From the UHGV virus genome UHGV-0091782: a stretch of 38,471 bases of DNA. One strand, written 5' to 3'. Each line of letters starts with the position of its first letter. Within the stretch, counting starts at the first letter, position 1. Shown piece after piece: positions 18,543 through 28,277 of the stretch. Source of the DNA: a virus. The translations under genes were made by a program, and so were the position numbers. The notes under the pieces are model-generated. The model was not told the origin of the DNA, ran no database searches, and saw nothing but the letters and a program-made list of their open reading frames with translations.

Positions 18543-18544
18543 AC

Positions 18545-18745
18545 TCAGCCCTCTTTACTGGTCGTGGCTTTTTTCTCTTTTGTCGCTTTACTGCTTTTTG
18601 CACTGGTTCCGCGCTCTGCTAACCCGGCCTGAAGTGCAATCTCCTGCACCCGGGCAGGAAGCGCCCCGTCGTCATACTCACCGGCCCGAATGACCTCAAC
18701 ACGCATACCGTCCGGTGACCATTTCAGATCTTGTTTCAGGATCAT
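18545..18745 (-). CDS. Small hypothetical head-module protein (66 aa)
   Basis: ATG with GGTGA upstream; between the capsid and connector genes. Confidence 0.4.
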   Translation of the reverse strand: MILKQDLKWSPDGMRVEVIRAGEYDDGALPARVQEIALQAGLAERGTSAKSSKATKEKKATTSKEG

Positions 18746-18794
18746 GATTCTTCACCCGTCAGAACAGGGGGCGCGGTTCCGCTCCCCTGAGTGA

Positions 18795-20000
18795 TTACGC
18801 CGCTGCAATCTTCAGCAGTTTGATGGCCTGCGAATCGACCAGCATCCCGCCGGTGCGCTTGGTGGTATAAAAACCGACAAACGGTTTATTGGTGTACGGG
18901 TCACGCAGAATGCGGGTGCCGATACGGTCAACGATGGTGTAACCCCGTTTGAAGTTACCAAATGCAATGGCTTTCGCATCAGCGGCGATATCCGGCATCT
19001 GTTCGTTTTCAGCGATACCGTAACCCGCCAGAGAGGACGGCTGCCCCAGCTCCAGCCCCGGACGCCACAGATAGTTACCCTCGGTGTCTTTCAGCAGACG
19101 GATGGCAAACAGGCTGTTGTTGTTCATCATGAACTTCGCGCCAGTGCGGTGTGCCTTACGCAGCGTGTAAATCAGTTTGATAATGGCGTCTGCGGTCACC
19201 GCGGTCGCTTCGCCGGATACAATATGCTGAAGTTTGCCGAACGCCCGGACCTTGTCGGTTTCATCAGTGGATTCATACGCCAGGAACCCTTTCGGCTTCT
19301 TGGTGCCATCGCCTGAGGTAAAGGCAATTTCTTCCTGTTCGGCAAATTCGGTTGCCAGCTCGCTGTTGATCCAGGCCTCCACGTTGAAGAAGGCATCGTC
19401 CAGCATTTTCTGGGTAGCCTGCGGGTTGCCGTAGATTTCCCCCATGAGAGGTTCAATCAGCTCCAGTCTGGAGGTGGCAGTCTGGGATCGCGTATCAGTT
19501 TCCCCCACCCATCCGGAAGCCGTACCGCCCAGATTCACCAGTTTTTTGTAGTCGGAACCGCCAACGGTGATCACCGTGGCTTCCTGACGCATCACCACTT
19601 CATCTTTCAGCAGGTTAAGAATGTTGCGATCCAGTTCTTCCGGCACGGCGTAGCCACCGTCTTCATCGGTACCCACCTGCAATGCCTTACGCTCCAGATC
19701 GCGCAGACCGTCTTCACGGCCTTTACGCAGGAAGCCCACAAACGCCTCTTTATGCTCGGTGGCCAGTTTATTTTGCGCTCCACCTGCCGGACGTTTCAGC
19801 TCAAGCAGCTCTTTTTCAAGGTCGCTTTTGAGATTTTCCAGCTCGCTGAGTTTCCCGTTCAGGGTTTCCACCTGCCCGGCAAGCTTGCCTTTTTCCTGCT
19901 CAATCGCATCCACGCGCTTGTCGTTCTTTGCCTTGAAGTCGTCAAACTTCTGCTGCAGCTCCTGCGCGACCTGTTCGACATCTTTAATATCTACCGCCAT
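18795..20000 (-). CDS. Major capsid protein, HK97 family (with N-terminal coiled-coil delta/scaffold domain)
   Basis: 401 aa; N-terminal heptad-rich region then HK97-fold-like body; preceded by protease and portal genes. Confidence 0.85.
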   Translation of the reverse strand: MAVDIKDVEQVAQELQQKFDDFKAKNDKRVDAIEQEKGKLAGQVETLNGKLSELENLKSDLEKELLELKRPAGGAQNKLATEHKEAFVGFLRKGREDGLRDLERKALQVGTDEDGGYAVPEELDRNILNLLKDEVVMRQEATVITVGGSDYKKLVNLGGTASGWVGETDTRSQTATSRLELIEPLMGEIYGNPQATQKMLDDAFFNVEAWINSELATEFAEQEEIAFTSGDGTKKPKGFLAYESTDETDKVRAFGKLQHIVSGEATAVTADAIIKLIYTLRKAHRTGAKFMMNNNSLFAIRLLKDTEGNYLWRPGLELGQPSSLAGYGIAENEQMPDIAADAKAIAFGNFKRGYTIVDRIGTRILRDPYTNKPFVGFYTTKRTGGMLVDSQAIKLLKIAAA

Positions 20001-20014
20001 CGTATTTCTCCTGA

Positions 20015-20701
20015 TTAGAAGTTCAGATTTTTCAGTGCATTCAGTGCAGAGCTCACATCCTCAGCGTCGCGCAGGGACAGTGCGCTATAGCCCCCGGCCA
20101 TGAATGCTTTGGCCTGGGTACGGGAGAGTCCGACATCACGCAGGACTCTTTCGATTTTTTTCTGTTCGGGGATTTCCCCGCGGGCCAGCGCGTTCTTGAC
20201 GTCGCTGATCCGTGCCTCGTCGTTAGACGGAAACGTCACCAGACTGACTTCCCAGAGGTCGATTTCTTTCAGCAGAAAGGCTTCTTTCGTCCGGTCGTAT
20301 TCCCAGTCCTTCAGGACGTACCCAATAGAAAGGCCGGTTAACGAACCGGCCTTCATGTGTGCATGTGCGCGTTTTGCCAGGGGATCATCATCAATGAGCA
20401 ACCGCCCCCTGACGTAAAGCCCGACATCGTCTTCCTTCATTTCGGTGTAAACACCGATGGGCTCATCCATGCGGTGCTGCCAGAGCAGCGCAGGTAACGC
20501 TTTTCTGTCACTCCACGCCCGCAGGGAAGCAGCAAATGCCCCGGACATCACCACATCATCGTGGCTGTCCTTTACACCAAAGACGGAGCCATACCCTTCA
20601 AACTCACCGGAGTCACTGACAGATTTCAGACTCAGCGGTACATCAAGACGTTGTTTCGTCTGCATTGGCGTTATCCTTCTGCTTACCGGCTTTACTGCCA
20701 T
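20015..20701 (-). CDS. Prohead maturation protease (HK97 family); true start possibly at the internal Met near 20665
   Basis: Position between portal and capsid; size typical of HK97-type prohead proteases. Confidence 0.7.
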   Translation of the reverse strand: MAVKPVSRRITPMQTKQRLDVPLSLKSVSDSGEFEGYGSVFGVKDSHDDVVMSGAFAASLRAWSDRKALPALLWQHRMDEPIGVYTEMKEDDVGLYVRGRLLIDDDPLAKRAHAHMKAGSLTGLSIGYVLKDWEYDRTKEAFLLKEIDLWEVSLVTFPSNDEARISDVKNALARGEIPEQKKIERVLRDVGLSRTQAKAFMAGGYSALSLRDAEDVSSALNALKNLNF

Positions 20702-21884
20702 CGGAGGGTTTCGTGGTCATGTTCATCGGTGTGAGATAGACATCACCACCGGGACGCGGATTCATATCTTCCAGGTCGCGGCAGTCATTGGGAGAGTAAA
20801 TTCCCCAGTTGATCCCGGTGGCGTAGGCTTCAAAACGGGACTTCATATCCCCGCGCAGTAACGCCCCGGCGTTAAATTTGGCGTAATAAACGCCCTGCTT
20901 ACTTTTTCGTACCAGTCCGGTGTTGATCCGCTGTTCGATGCGGGTCAGATACGGCACCAGTGAATAGTTGATAAATCCCAGCCCCAACTCTTCGATATTG
21001 TTGAAGGTGGCGCGATCGGTGTTCTGCACCATGTGCAACGGCACCCGGAACAGACGACAGATTTCTTCAAGCTGAAACTTGCGGGTTTCCAGGAACTGGC
21101 TGTCCTCGGCGTTCAGCGCCATCGACTTCCAGTCCAGCCCCATCTCAAGGATCATCGGGCGGTGAGCATTGCCAAGCCCGGTGTGACGCTCCTCAAAATC
21201 TTTCTTCAGGCGCTCATAAGCCTGATCTGACAGCGTCTGCTCTGTACGCAACACACCCGACGTCACCGCGCCATTGCTGAACAGTCTGGCCCCGTGCTCT
21301 TCAGTCGCTGCCGCCAGCGATATTGCCTCGCGGGCATAGGCGATGGGATTCAGCCCCACCAGTCCGTCCAGCGTCAGCGTGCGCACATGCCAGATATCCT
21401 CCTGGCTCAGTACATCCGTGGAGCCATCCGGGAATGTGACCTGATAGACCGGCTCCCAGCTACTGTTAAGCTTCGGTACCACACAGCCGGGATCGACGGG
21501 CAGCAGTTCAGCCACTTCGCCAAATGCTTTCACTTTGTAGGCGTAAAAGTTTCCCCGCAGGCACAGACAGGTGACCACCAGCTCCCAGAACTCCTGCGGC
21601 GTCATATAGCCATTGGGATGCGTGGAGATCAGTTTATGCAGACGTTCGCCGGTGGCTCTCTGCTTCAGGCTGCCGTTCAGGTGATACAGATTGCAGGGCA
21701 ACATCCCGACCGACTCTGCCAGCACTCTGACGCAGGAAAAAACCGCCGTCAGTCGCATGGCCCGCTGACTGCTGATCTGCTTTCCGGTATAGGTGTCGTA
21801 GGACAACCCGATGGCATCCGCCAGCTCTGCTGGCGTGGTCACCGGTGCGTCACTTTTTCGTTGAAATAATCCCGAAAAGAACAC
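20643..21884 (-). CDS. Portal protein (HK97 family)
   Basis: 413 aa directly downstream of the large terminase. Confidence 0.85.
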   Translation of the reverse strand: MFFSGLFQRKSDAPVTTPAELADAIGLSYDTYTGKQISSQRAMRLTAVFSCVRVLAESVGMLPCNLYHLNGSLKQRATGERLHKLISTHPNGYMTPQEFWELVVTCLCLRGNFYAYKVKAFGEVAELLPVDPGCVVPKLNSSWEPVYQVTFPDGSTDVLSQEDIWHVRTLTLDGLVGLNPIAYAREAISLAAATEEHGARLFSNGAVTSGVLRTEQTLSDQAYERLKKDFEERHTGLGNAHRPMILEMGLDWKSMALNAEDSQFLETRKFQLEEICRLFRVPLHMVQNTDRATFNNIEELGLGFINYSLVPYLTRIEQRINTGLVRKSKQGVYYAKFNAGALLRGDMKSRFEAYATGINWGIYSPNDCRDLEDMNPRPGGDVYLTPMNMTTKPSDGSKAGKQKDNANADETTS

Positions 21885-22066
21885 TATTTACCTCCACCAA
21901 CAGACAGCTGTGTACGGTCGAGATATCGCGCTACCAGCCACGACCAGAACAGGCACAACGCCCCGGCAACAACAAACCCCGCCGGGGGATAAATCAGCCA
22001 GGCACCATACGCCAGCAAAAGCGCCCCCAGCACGCCCACCAGAGGCGCGAGAATCAGCATGATCAT
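21884..22066 (-). CDS. Small membrane protein (60 aa, 2 predicted TM) between terminase and portal
   Basis: ATG with GAGGT 5 nt upstream, immediately after the TerL stop; hydrophobic sequence [26 protein letters not shown]... Confidence 0.45.
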   Translation of the reverse strand: MIMLILAPLVGVLGALLLAYGAWLIYPPAGFVVAGALCLFWSWLVARYLDRTQLSVGGGK

Positions 22067-22077
22067 AATTACCTCAG

Positions 22078-23811
22078 TTAAAGCGAGCGGATCCCATAGG
22101 ACTCAATGTGGTCAGACAGCGTGTCTTCTTTCTCGTACAGCATGGCTCTGCCAACCGCCATAATCAGCGCAACTGCACCGTCAATTTTGTTTTCCGCCTG
22201 CTCTTTGACGGGTTTCACCACATCATCGTTACCCGGAATGGTTTTGCCGACCACATTGCCGATACACCAGGTCATGATGGGATTGCCATCATGATGAAAG
22301 CGCCCCGATTCAATTGCCGCTTCCAGCTCTTTCATCGGGTCGGACATGTTGGTGTAGTTCTGAATGATAGTGACGGGATTCAGGTCTTCATCAGCAAGGT
22401 CATGTGACAACCCGGTCGCCCCGAAGGGGTCGATGGGTGACTCACTGACCGGGCTGATTTTGTTCGCCGCTTTGGCCTCCTCGAGGATGTAGCGATAATC
22501 CACCTCCGCACCATCGGTAACGGTCAGAACGCCCATTTCCACCCATTTCTGAAAGCGTTCGGCTGTCCGGCGATCTTCATTTTTCTCGACGCTGTACACC
22601 GTGTCATACGGTACCCAGAAACGCGGGGCCACACTGTAGTAATGCGTTTTACCGTCAATCTCGCGGGTATAAAGTCGCGCCATGCTGTTCATATCCAGCT
22701 TACGCGCCAGGTCAAAGGCCAGAATGCACGGCTGCCCCTCGAACTGCTCAAGGGTCAGTGATTTATCCTCGCAGCTCTGCCAGCTCACCAGGTTGAAATA
22801 CGCCGAACGCGCCGACACCCAGATATTGAGGTGTTTTGTTTTAAAGACGTTTGCCAGACGGGCGTTATTTTTCGCACGCTGCTGCTGACTTAACAAAAAT
22901 TCGCGATAAACCGACACGCCAATATTCGGGTTAGCTTTTTCCAGCACCTGCGGGTCGGTCCAGTCATCGCCTTCGTCAACGGTATAGATGATCCCGAACA
23001 GTTCATCGTTGGGTACCGAACCGTTGAGCATCTCGATAACTTCCCGCCGCTTGTCGTAGCACGGCCCCTCAATGTTGTACCCGGCGGTGGTGATGGCCCA
23101 CATCAGTGGCTGACGTCGCGCGCCCATCCCGGTAAGCATCGTGGTATAAAGCGCATCGGTGGCGTGCTCGTGATATTCATCCACCACGGCACAGTGGGGT
23201 GATGAACCATCACCGGGGTTACCGATCAGCGGTTCAAACCGCGCGCCATCCTCCGGACGGTTCATGTTTGAGGCGTTAACCTCAATCCCGAACGCTTCCG
23301 TCAGCATGGGTGTGCGTTTACACATCAGTCGCGCCGGGCGAAAGACTTCCCACGCCTGTTTCTCTGTCGTGGCACCGGAATACACTTCCGCGCCAAACTC
23401 GTTATCACAGGCAAAACAATACAGGGCAACACCGGCAGAGATTGCCGATTTGCCGTTCTTACGGGGGATTTCGGTATACACCTCCCTGAAGCGGCGCAGC
23501 CGGGAGCCTTTATTGACCCAGCCAAACGCACAGCAGATCACAAAGAGCTGCCACGGTTCCAGCGTGATGGGCATCCTCTTGAATGCCCACTCCCCCTTGG
23601 TGTGTGGCAACAGCTGAATAAATTTCGCGGCCCGTTCAGCCAGGTCCTTGTCGAAGCGGTAACGAAACGACTTACTTTTTTCCGCCATCAGGTCATCAAG
23701 ATGGCGCTGGCAGGCCTGAATCACAAACTGGCAGGCCACAATCTTTCCGCGCACGACATCACGGGCATACTGATTGGCAGCATTTACGTTGGGGTAAGAT
23801 TTCCGGCTCAT
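22078..23811 (-). CDS. Terminase large subunit
   Basis: 577 aa with ATPase and nuclease regions typical of Terminase_1-type large subunits. Confidence 0.9.
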   Translation of the reverse strand: MSRKSYPNVNAANQYARDVVRGKIVACQFVIQACQRHLDDLMAEKSKSFRYRFDKDLAERAAKFIQLLPHTKGEWAFKRMPITLEPWQLFVICCAFGWVNKGSRLRRFREVYTEIPRKNGKSAISAGVALYCFACDNEFGAEVYSGATTEKQAWEVFRPARLMCKRTPMLTEAFGIEVNASNMNRPEDGARFEPLIGNPGDGSSPHCAVVDEYHEHATDALYTTMLTGMGARRQPLMWAITTAGYNIEGPCYDKRREVIEMLNGSVPNDELFGIIYTVDEGDDWTDPQVLEKANPNIGVSVYREFLLSQQQRAKNNARLANVFKTKHLNIWVSARSAYFNLVSWQSCEDKSLTLEQFEGQPCILAFDLARKLDMNSMARLYTREIDGKTHYYSVAPRFWVPYDTVYSVEKNEDRRTAERFQKWVEMGVLTVTDGAEVDYRYILEEAKAANKISPVSESPIDPFGATGLSHDLADEDLNPVTIIQNYTNMSDPMKELEAAIESGRFHHDGNPIMTWCIGNVVGKTIPGNDDVVKPVKEQAENKIDGAVALIMAVGRAMLYEKEDTLSDHIESYGIRSL

Positions 23812-24302
23812 GATTCGATGATTTTCAGAAACGGGTTAGTGGCTTTCTTCTGCCCCGCCAGGCCAATCAGACGCTGGCGGCTGCTGGGGTCGAGTCCGAG
23901 CATTGCCCCCGTACTGCTCATCTCGGACTCCTGTTCTTTTTTGGCGGTCAGCTCCGGATTTTTGACCATACCGCCCATTGCACCGGTGATGGTGTTGCCC
24001 TGTCTGGCAATATTTTTCACGGCACGTCGCCAGAACTCGTAGGCCACGCACCACCGCTCAAGCACCGCGAGGTCAGTCACGCACAGCAGGCCCTGACCGC
24101 AGAGTTCTTTAGTTGTCAGTTGCCACATGATCGTAGCGAGAGGGAGATCTTCTTCAGCGAACCACTCCGGTGGCTCAACACCTTTGATGGGCGTAAAAAC
24201 AGGTTCATCTTTATTCAGGGCTCGCTTGCCGGGGTTTCCGGCCAGCGCCTTGCGCGCCGTTGGCTTGGGGCGACGCCCGGAACGCCCCGCCGTTCCAGCC
24301 AT
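23808..24302 (-). CDS. Terminase small subunit (P27-family-like)
   Basis: [27 protein letters not shown]... N-terminus; start placed at ATG 24302 with AGGAG upstream. Confidence 0.7.
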   Translation of the reverse strand: MAGTAGRSGRRPKPTARKALAGNPGKRALNKDEPVFTPIKGVEPPEWFAEEDLPLATIMWQLTTKELCGQGLLCVTDLAVLERWCVAYEFWRRAVKNIARQGNTITGAMGGMVKNPELTAKKEQESEMSSTGAMLGLDPSSRQRLIGLAGQKKATNPFLKIIES

Positions 24303-24428
24303 ATGCGGCACTCCTGGTTAAATTTCATTTTTCGCGGGTATAAAAAAACGATGGGGCGGGCAGTCCGGAAGACGTCAGGTCACAGAGATTTGACCCGCCC
24401 CTCCCCCGCAGATAGTTGAGAGTTATTA

Positions 24429-24779
24429 TCACTTCAGTCGTTCACGGGCCGTCTTCGTCTTATGACACGGCCAGCACAGGCTCTGCAGATTGCAGTCTGC
24501 ATCAGTGCCGCCATGCGCTTTAGGGATGATGTGGTCAACGGTTTTCGCCTCACGCACCACACCGACACGCAGGCACAACTGACACAGGCCTTTGTCACGC
24601 TTCAGCACGCGCGCGCGGATAACATCCCACTTCGAACCGTAGCCGCGCTGGTGACGGGATTGTCCTGGCTTGTATTGTTTCCAGCCTTCGCTTTTGTGGC
24701 TTTCGCAGTAGCCTGACGGGTCAGTGGTGGTTTGGCGGCAGCCGCGAACGCGGCAGGCTTTTGGGGTTCGTGGTGGCAT
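24429..24779 (-). CDS. HNH endonuclease (terminase-associated, packaging)
   Basis: Cys/His pairs with ...DHIIPKAHGGTDADCNLQSLCWPCHKTK motif; start at ATG 24779 with GGAG upstream; adjacent to terS as in HK97. Confidence 0.8.
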   Translation of the reverse strand: MPPRTPKACRVRGCRQTTTDPSGYCESHKSEGWKQYKPGQSRHQRGYGSKWDVIRARVLKRDKGLCQLCLRVGVVREAKTVDHIIPKAHGGTDADCNLQSLCWPCHKTKTARERLK

Positions 24780-24796
24780 GCTGGCTCCAATAAAAA

Positions 24797-24815
24797 GCCC
24801 CGCGACGCGAGGCTT
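24797..24815 (-). terminator. Putative minus-strand hairpin followed by TTTTTATT
   Basis: agccccgcgacgcgaggct interrupted stem read on the plus strand; the T-run is on the minus strand. Confidence 0.3.
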
Positions 24816-24844
24816 AGACAGAAAAAACACCGGATAAGATCTGG

Positions 24845-25048
24845 TCATTCTTCCTTTTTAATAATGACTTCTCGAGGGCGCAATTGTTGGATAGCACGAC
24901 AAATACAATATGGAATAACTGCCCATGCTACTCCCATTGCTGCACCTGCAGCCTGTTGTGGAGCACTCTGAGCACCGAAAACCCCGAGGATTCCTTCAAT
25001 AAATCCAATAGCACTACACAAAAGACTGATGACCCAGAGAATTTTCAT
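24845..25048 (-). CDS. Small membrane protein (67 aa, 2 predicted TM), probable moron downstream of the lysis cassette
   Basis: ATG with AGGAG 9 nt upstream; hydrophobic segments. Confidence 0.45.
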   Translation of the reverse strand: MKILWVISLLCSAIGFIEGILGVFGAQSAPQQAAGAAMGVAWAVIPYCICRAIQQLRPREVIIKKEE

Positions 25049-25165
25049 AAACCCAAACTCCTTTTAAATAAACACTTTACTAGGATAATTCTCATAAAAT
25101 GTTAGTAAAGTATTTTCAGGAAAATAGCGTATCACTGCCTATTTTTGACACTGATGCCGGGATAA

Positions 25166-25540
25166 TTATTCCGGTCGCTGGAGTTGCTCATGATGATACA
25201 GAGCGAGAATCAGGTCATAAGACCCTTGCCTGTCTTTGTAACCAGTTTTATCAACCAATTCAGCTTTACTGATTCCGGGTAAATCAAGAATCAGATTCGC
25301 AACTTCAATTGCCCTTTGGTACAACTTACCGCCCTTTTTCTCCCCATGCAGTGGTTTTACATTCTTGAGGTAACCGCTATCCGCCAGGGCGAGAAATGTT
25401 GCCCTTGGGCATATCTTCTTTCTTGACGATTCGCTTTCTGTAACCTCTGCGACAGCTGCATCCCATGCATCACGAGGAGGCATTGAGCTATCAGCAACCA
25501 AATGATAAGCGATTAAAGCGGCGCGCGCGTATTGAGACAT
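25166..25540 (-). CDS. Hypothetical protein (start placed at MSQYARAAL...)
   Basis: ORF track; no recognisable family. Confidence 0.4.
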   Translation of the reverse strand: MSQYARAALIAYHLVADSSMPPRDAWDAAVAEVTESESSRKKICPRATFLALADSGYLKNVKPLHGEKKGGKLYQRAIEVANLILDLPGISKAELVDKTGYKDRQGSYDLILALYHHEQLQRPE

Positions 25541-25578
25541 AATGCATCCATATACAAAAATCTCATGATAAGACTTTT

Positions 25579-26022
25579 CTAATATGAACACTGTGATCTC
25601 ACATACTCTTGCAGGCTATTCAATTGGTTAGTTATGGTTTCGATGCGCTCTCTGAGAACGAAATAATCCCGTTGAGCGGTGTCAGTAAGTCTGGGGCTGG
25701 AAGCATCATCCACGCCGGAGGCGGCGGTGGTTTTATGCATGTCCGGACAGACTGCTTTGACGTGCAGCCACTTACGACCAGCAGAAACATCAGCACGAAG
25801 ACTTTCGATAGTCGCGTTAGCATCAGCAAGCTCCTTTGTATATCTGGCATCGAGTTCAGCTACATTACTTTGACGTTTCTGCATGTCAGCGATAATGGAT
25901 GCGGCCTTATCGCGCTGCTTTTTGTAGGTGATGGCGTTATCACGGTAATGATTAACCGCCCATGACAGGCAGACGATGATGCAGATAACCAGAACGGAGA
26001 TAATCGCGGTGACTCTGCTCAT
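25579..26022 (-). CDS. Rz: Rz-like i-spanin
   Basis: [34 protein letters not shown]... closely resembles lambda Rz as I recall it. Confidence 0.85.
   Translation of the reverse strand: MSRVTAIISVLVICIIVCLSWAVNHYRDNAITYKKQRDKAASIIADMQKRQSNVAELDARYTKELADANATIESLRADVSAGRKWLHVKAVCPDMHKTTAASGVDDASSPRLTDTAQRDYFVLRERIETITNQLNSLQEYVRSQCSY
25632..25823 (-). CDS. Rz1: Rz1-like o-spanin lipoprotein embedded in the +1 frame of Rz
   Basis: ORF 25632..25850 contains ...[13 protein letters not shown]...[24 protein letters not shown], i.e. lipobox plus proline-rich core as in lambda Rz1; start chosen at the Met at 25823. Confidence 0.75.
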   Translation of the reverse strand: MLTRLSKVFVLMFLLVVSGCTSKQSVRTCIKPPPPPAWMMLPAPDLLTPLNGIISFSESASKP

Positions 26023-26495
26023 ACCTCAATCTCTCTGACCGTTCCGCCCGCTTCTTTGAATTTTGCAATCAGGCTGTCAGTCTTATGCTCGAACTGACCA
26101 TAACCAGCGCCAGGCAATGAGGCCCAGATATTGCTGCAACGGTCGATTGCCTGACGGATGTCACCGCGATCAATCATTAGTAAAGCGCCACGCTCCTTAA
26201 TCTGCTGCAATGCAACAGCATCCTGGCTTTTAGGAGAGAAGTCTGTCAGCCCTAACTGCTTGCGGTAAGCATCCCACCAGCGTGAAAGAAGTTGATAACG
26301 GCCTGCGGCTGTTGATTTGAGTTTCGGGTTTAGCGTGACAAGTTTTCGAGGGTGATCGGAGTAATCAGTGAAGAGTTCGCCACCGACAATAACGTCATAA
26401 CCGTGGTTACGTGTCGGTTGTCGCCCGTTATCCGTTCCTTCTGACCAGGCCACCATATCAAGGAAAGCTTTACGCTGAGGATTTAGTACCTGCAT
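26019..26495 (-). CDS. R: Endolysin, lambda R-like lytic transglycosylase
   Basis: ...[77 protein letters not shown]... near-identical to lambda R as I recall it. Confidence 0.9.
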   Translation of the reverse strand: MQVLNPQRKAFLDMVAWSEGTDNGRQPTRNHGYDVIVGGELFTDYSDHPRKLVTLNPKLKSTAAGRYQLLSRWWDAYRKQLGLTDFSPKSQDAVALQQIKERGALLMIDRGDIRQAIDRCSNIWASLPGAGYGQFEHKTDSLIAKFKEAGGTVREIEV

Positions 26496-26498
26496 AAA

Positions 26499-26834
26499 TT
26501 ACTCCTTCGAGCTACCAAATTTGTTACCGATTACTCGCATTGCAGCCCCACGAATAGCATCGACACCGATCAGCCCAACGCCGCCACCAATGGCAACAGA
26601 AAGAGATTTAGGCCATCCGACATACTCAAGAGCGGATGCAAAAGTCAGCGTCAGAGCACCACAGAGCAAAATCTCGAGCGTTTTTCGCTTCCAGCCACCA
26701 CCACCGCCAAAATAGGCAATGCGCAAGCCAGCCATAACGATCGACATAATCACTGCGCCCAGCGGTGTGTCTCCACGCCACCAGCTCTGAAACAACTCCA
26801 GCCAGTCCGGCCAGGTATTTGGGTTATGAGGCAT
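26499..26834 (-). CDS. S: Holin (lambda S-like, 3 TM)
   Basis: Immediately upstream of the endolysin; pattern ...MAGLRIAYFGGGGGWKRKTLEILLCGAL... parallels lambda S ...[26 protein letters not shown]... Confidence 0.65.
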   Translation of the reverse strand: MPHNPNTWPDWLELFQSWWRGDTPLGAVIMSIVMAGLRIAYFGGGGGWKRKTLEILLCGALTLTFASALEYVGWPKSLSVAIGGGVGLIGVDAIRGAAMRVIGNKFGSSKE

Positions 26835-26985
26835 TTGTAGTTATCTCTCACCTCGCTGATACAGCAGGTGCAAATTGAGGAAACATCATGTTCCGCAAAT
26901 CAGAAGCGGAAACGTCAAAGAAGCCGAGTCAAAGGATAACTGCGGGATAAACCAAGCCCAACGAACAACCAGGCCCAGAAACGAC

Positions 26986-27008
26986 AAAACCCGCTCATCG
27001 GCGGGTTT
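26986..27008 (-). terminator. tR'-like intrinsic terminator upstream of the lysis cassette (8-bp stem aaacccgc/gcgggttt, 6-nt loop, U-rich tail on the minus strand)
   Basis: Plus-strand aaacccgctcatcggcgggttt; the minus strand continues TGTCGTTTCT. Confidence 0.5.
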
Positions 27009-27100
27009 AAGCTGTGTGGCGAAGTAACCACTCTTAACACATTACATGATAAAATGCGGACCGCGTTAGTAATATTTTTCTCATATATTGGGTTCACTAC

Positions 27101-27847
27101 ATGCGACATAATTTTTCTAAAGACACTATAAAAAAATTAGCAGAGCGGGCAGCATTCATTTGTTCAAACCCTTCATGCCCTAGATTGACCATTGGCCCAT
27201 CAATTGATGGCAATAAATCAATCAAGACAGGAGTTGCTGCTCACATATGTGCAGCATCTCCTGATGGCCCACGCTATGACATGTCACAATCAGAAACAGA
27301 AAGGAAGTCAATTAACAATGGCATATGGCTGTGTGCTACTTGTTCTGTATTAATAGATAAGAATCAGGGGCTAGACTATCCGGCACCTGTATTAAGAAAA
27401 TGGAAAAAAGATCATGAAAGCCTTATAAGCTCCTGTCTTGAAGGTTCGATTAATATTACCTTCGATGCTTTGAAATATATTCAACAGCATGATGAAAGAA
27501 ATCTGGCAAAAAAGATTATAAATGAATTGGATGATAAAGGGGCTTTGTTCGTAGAATATCATCTTGAAAACCCCTGTTTTGTTGCCGAATCACTCAAAGA
27601 GTTAAGAACCTGTTTGACCTCTTTGCTTTCTCAAATCCCAGATGAATCACCTCTATTTATCGTTTGCAAGTCAATTCGAGAAGCATGCCGTTATTATATG
27701 AACAACACTTCTAAAGACGCAGGGATTAAAGAGTTAGAATTTTCGTTGGGAGCTGTCAGAAAAATCGTAGGTATCAACGTTAAAAGAATATCAGAAACCT
27801 ACGGGGTTAAACCTAGCCCACAATTATCTACCATAATGCCAGATTAA
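27101..27847 (+). CDS. AT-rich moron: HNH-like (beta-beta-alpha-metal finger) nuclease-domain protein, 248 aa; candidate defence or exclusion effector
   Basis: N-terminal CSNPSCP...GVAAHICAASPDGPRYD...NNGIWLCATC arrangement (Cys pair, His, Asn, second Cys pair) resembles HNH nucleases lacking the last His; opposite strand to all flanking phage genes; own terminator. Confidence 0.5.
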   Translation: MRHNFSKDTIKKLAERAAFICSNPSCPRLTIGPSIDGNKSIKTGVAAHICAASPDGPRYDMSQSETERKSINNGIWLCATCSVLIDKNQGLDYPAPVLRKWKKDHESLISSCLEGSINITFDALKYIQQHDERNLAKKIINELDDKGALFVEYHLENPCFVAESLKELRTCLTSLLSQIPDESPLFIVCKSIREACRYYMNNTSKDAGIKELEFSLGAVRKIVGINVKRISETYGVKPSPQLSTIMPD

Positions 27848-27856
27848 ATCTGTTAC

Positions 27857-27887
27857 GCAGCAACAAAGTTAAACTCTATGTTGCTGC
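27857..27887 (+). terminator. Hairpin (gcagcaac/gttgctgc, 15-nt loop) followed by T-rich tail; terminator of the moron, convergent with Q
   Basis: Read in sequence between the moron stop (27845-47) and the Q stop (27898-900). Confidence 0.45.
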
Positions 27888-27897
27888 CTTAATTTTA

Positions 27898-28260
27898 TTA
27901 CTCCATTTCTAAACGAATATCCAGCATCGAGAGACAACCATCTATAAACCCTTCAGCCAACTGTATCTCTATACGTATCAATTTCTCATCTTTTTTGTAT
28001 GCTTTTGCTATCTTCCTTTTCGAGATGCCATACAGGTAATGAGCCACAATCAGAGAGTGCTCATATGGTTTTCTCTTCTTAAGAAGAGCAAGACAACCTT
28101 CAATAATTAATGCATCACTATCTGAACAAGCCTGACGTGTTTTGCTTGTATAGGGAAGAAGCCCTTTAAACCCAGCAGCTATAGGAGAATAGTCTACTCC
28201 AGAACTATCACTCGCCGCCCATGCTCCCCAACGATCCAGAACCATCTGAATATCACGCAT
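27898..28260 (-). CDS. Late-gene antiterminator Q (QuuD / phage 82 Q-like)
   Basis: MRDIQMVLDRWGAWAASDSSGVDYSPIAAGFKGL... matches my recollection of E. coli QuuD; start at ATG 28260 with GGAG upstream. Confidence 0.8.
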   Translation of the reverse strand: MRDIQMVLDRWGAWAASDSSGVDYSPIAAGFKGLLPYTSKTRQACSDSDALIIEGCLALLKKRKPYEHSLIVAHYLYGISKRKIAKAYKKDEKLIRIEIQLAEGFIDGCLSMLDIRLEME

Positions 28261-28277
28261 CAACTTTCTCCACAAAA

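Noticed and set aside
6811-21869. Numerous plus-strand ORFs inside the late region (e.g. 6811-7020, 7263-7661, 15388-15804, 16798-17388, 17478-17975, 18075-18632, 19759-20103, 21294-21869)
   Set aside because: All lie antisense to well-supported minus-strand virion genes, have Arg/Pro/Gly-rich low-complexity translations typical of GC-rich antisense frames, and lack ribosome-binding sites.
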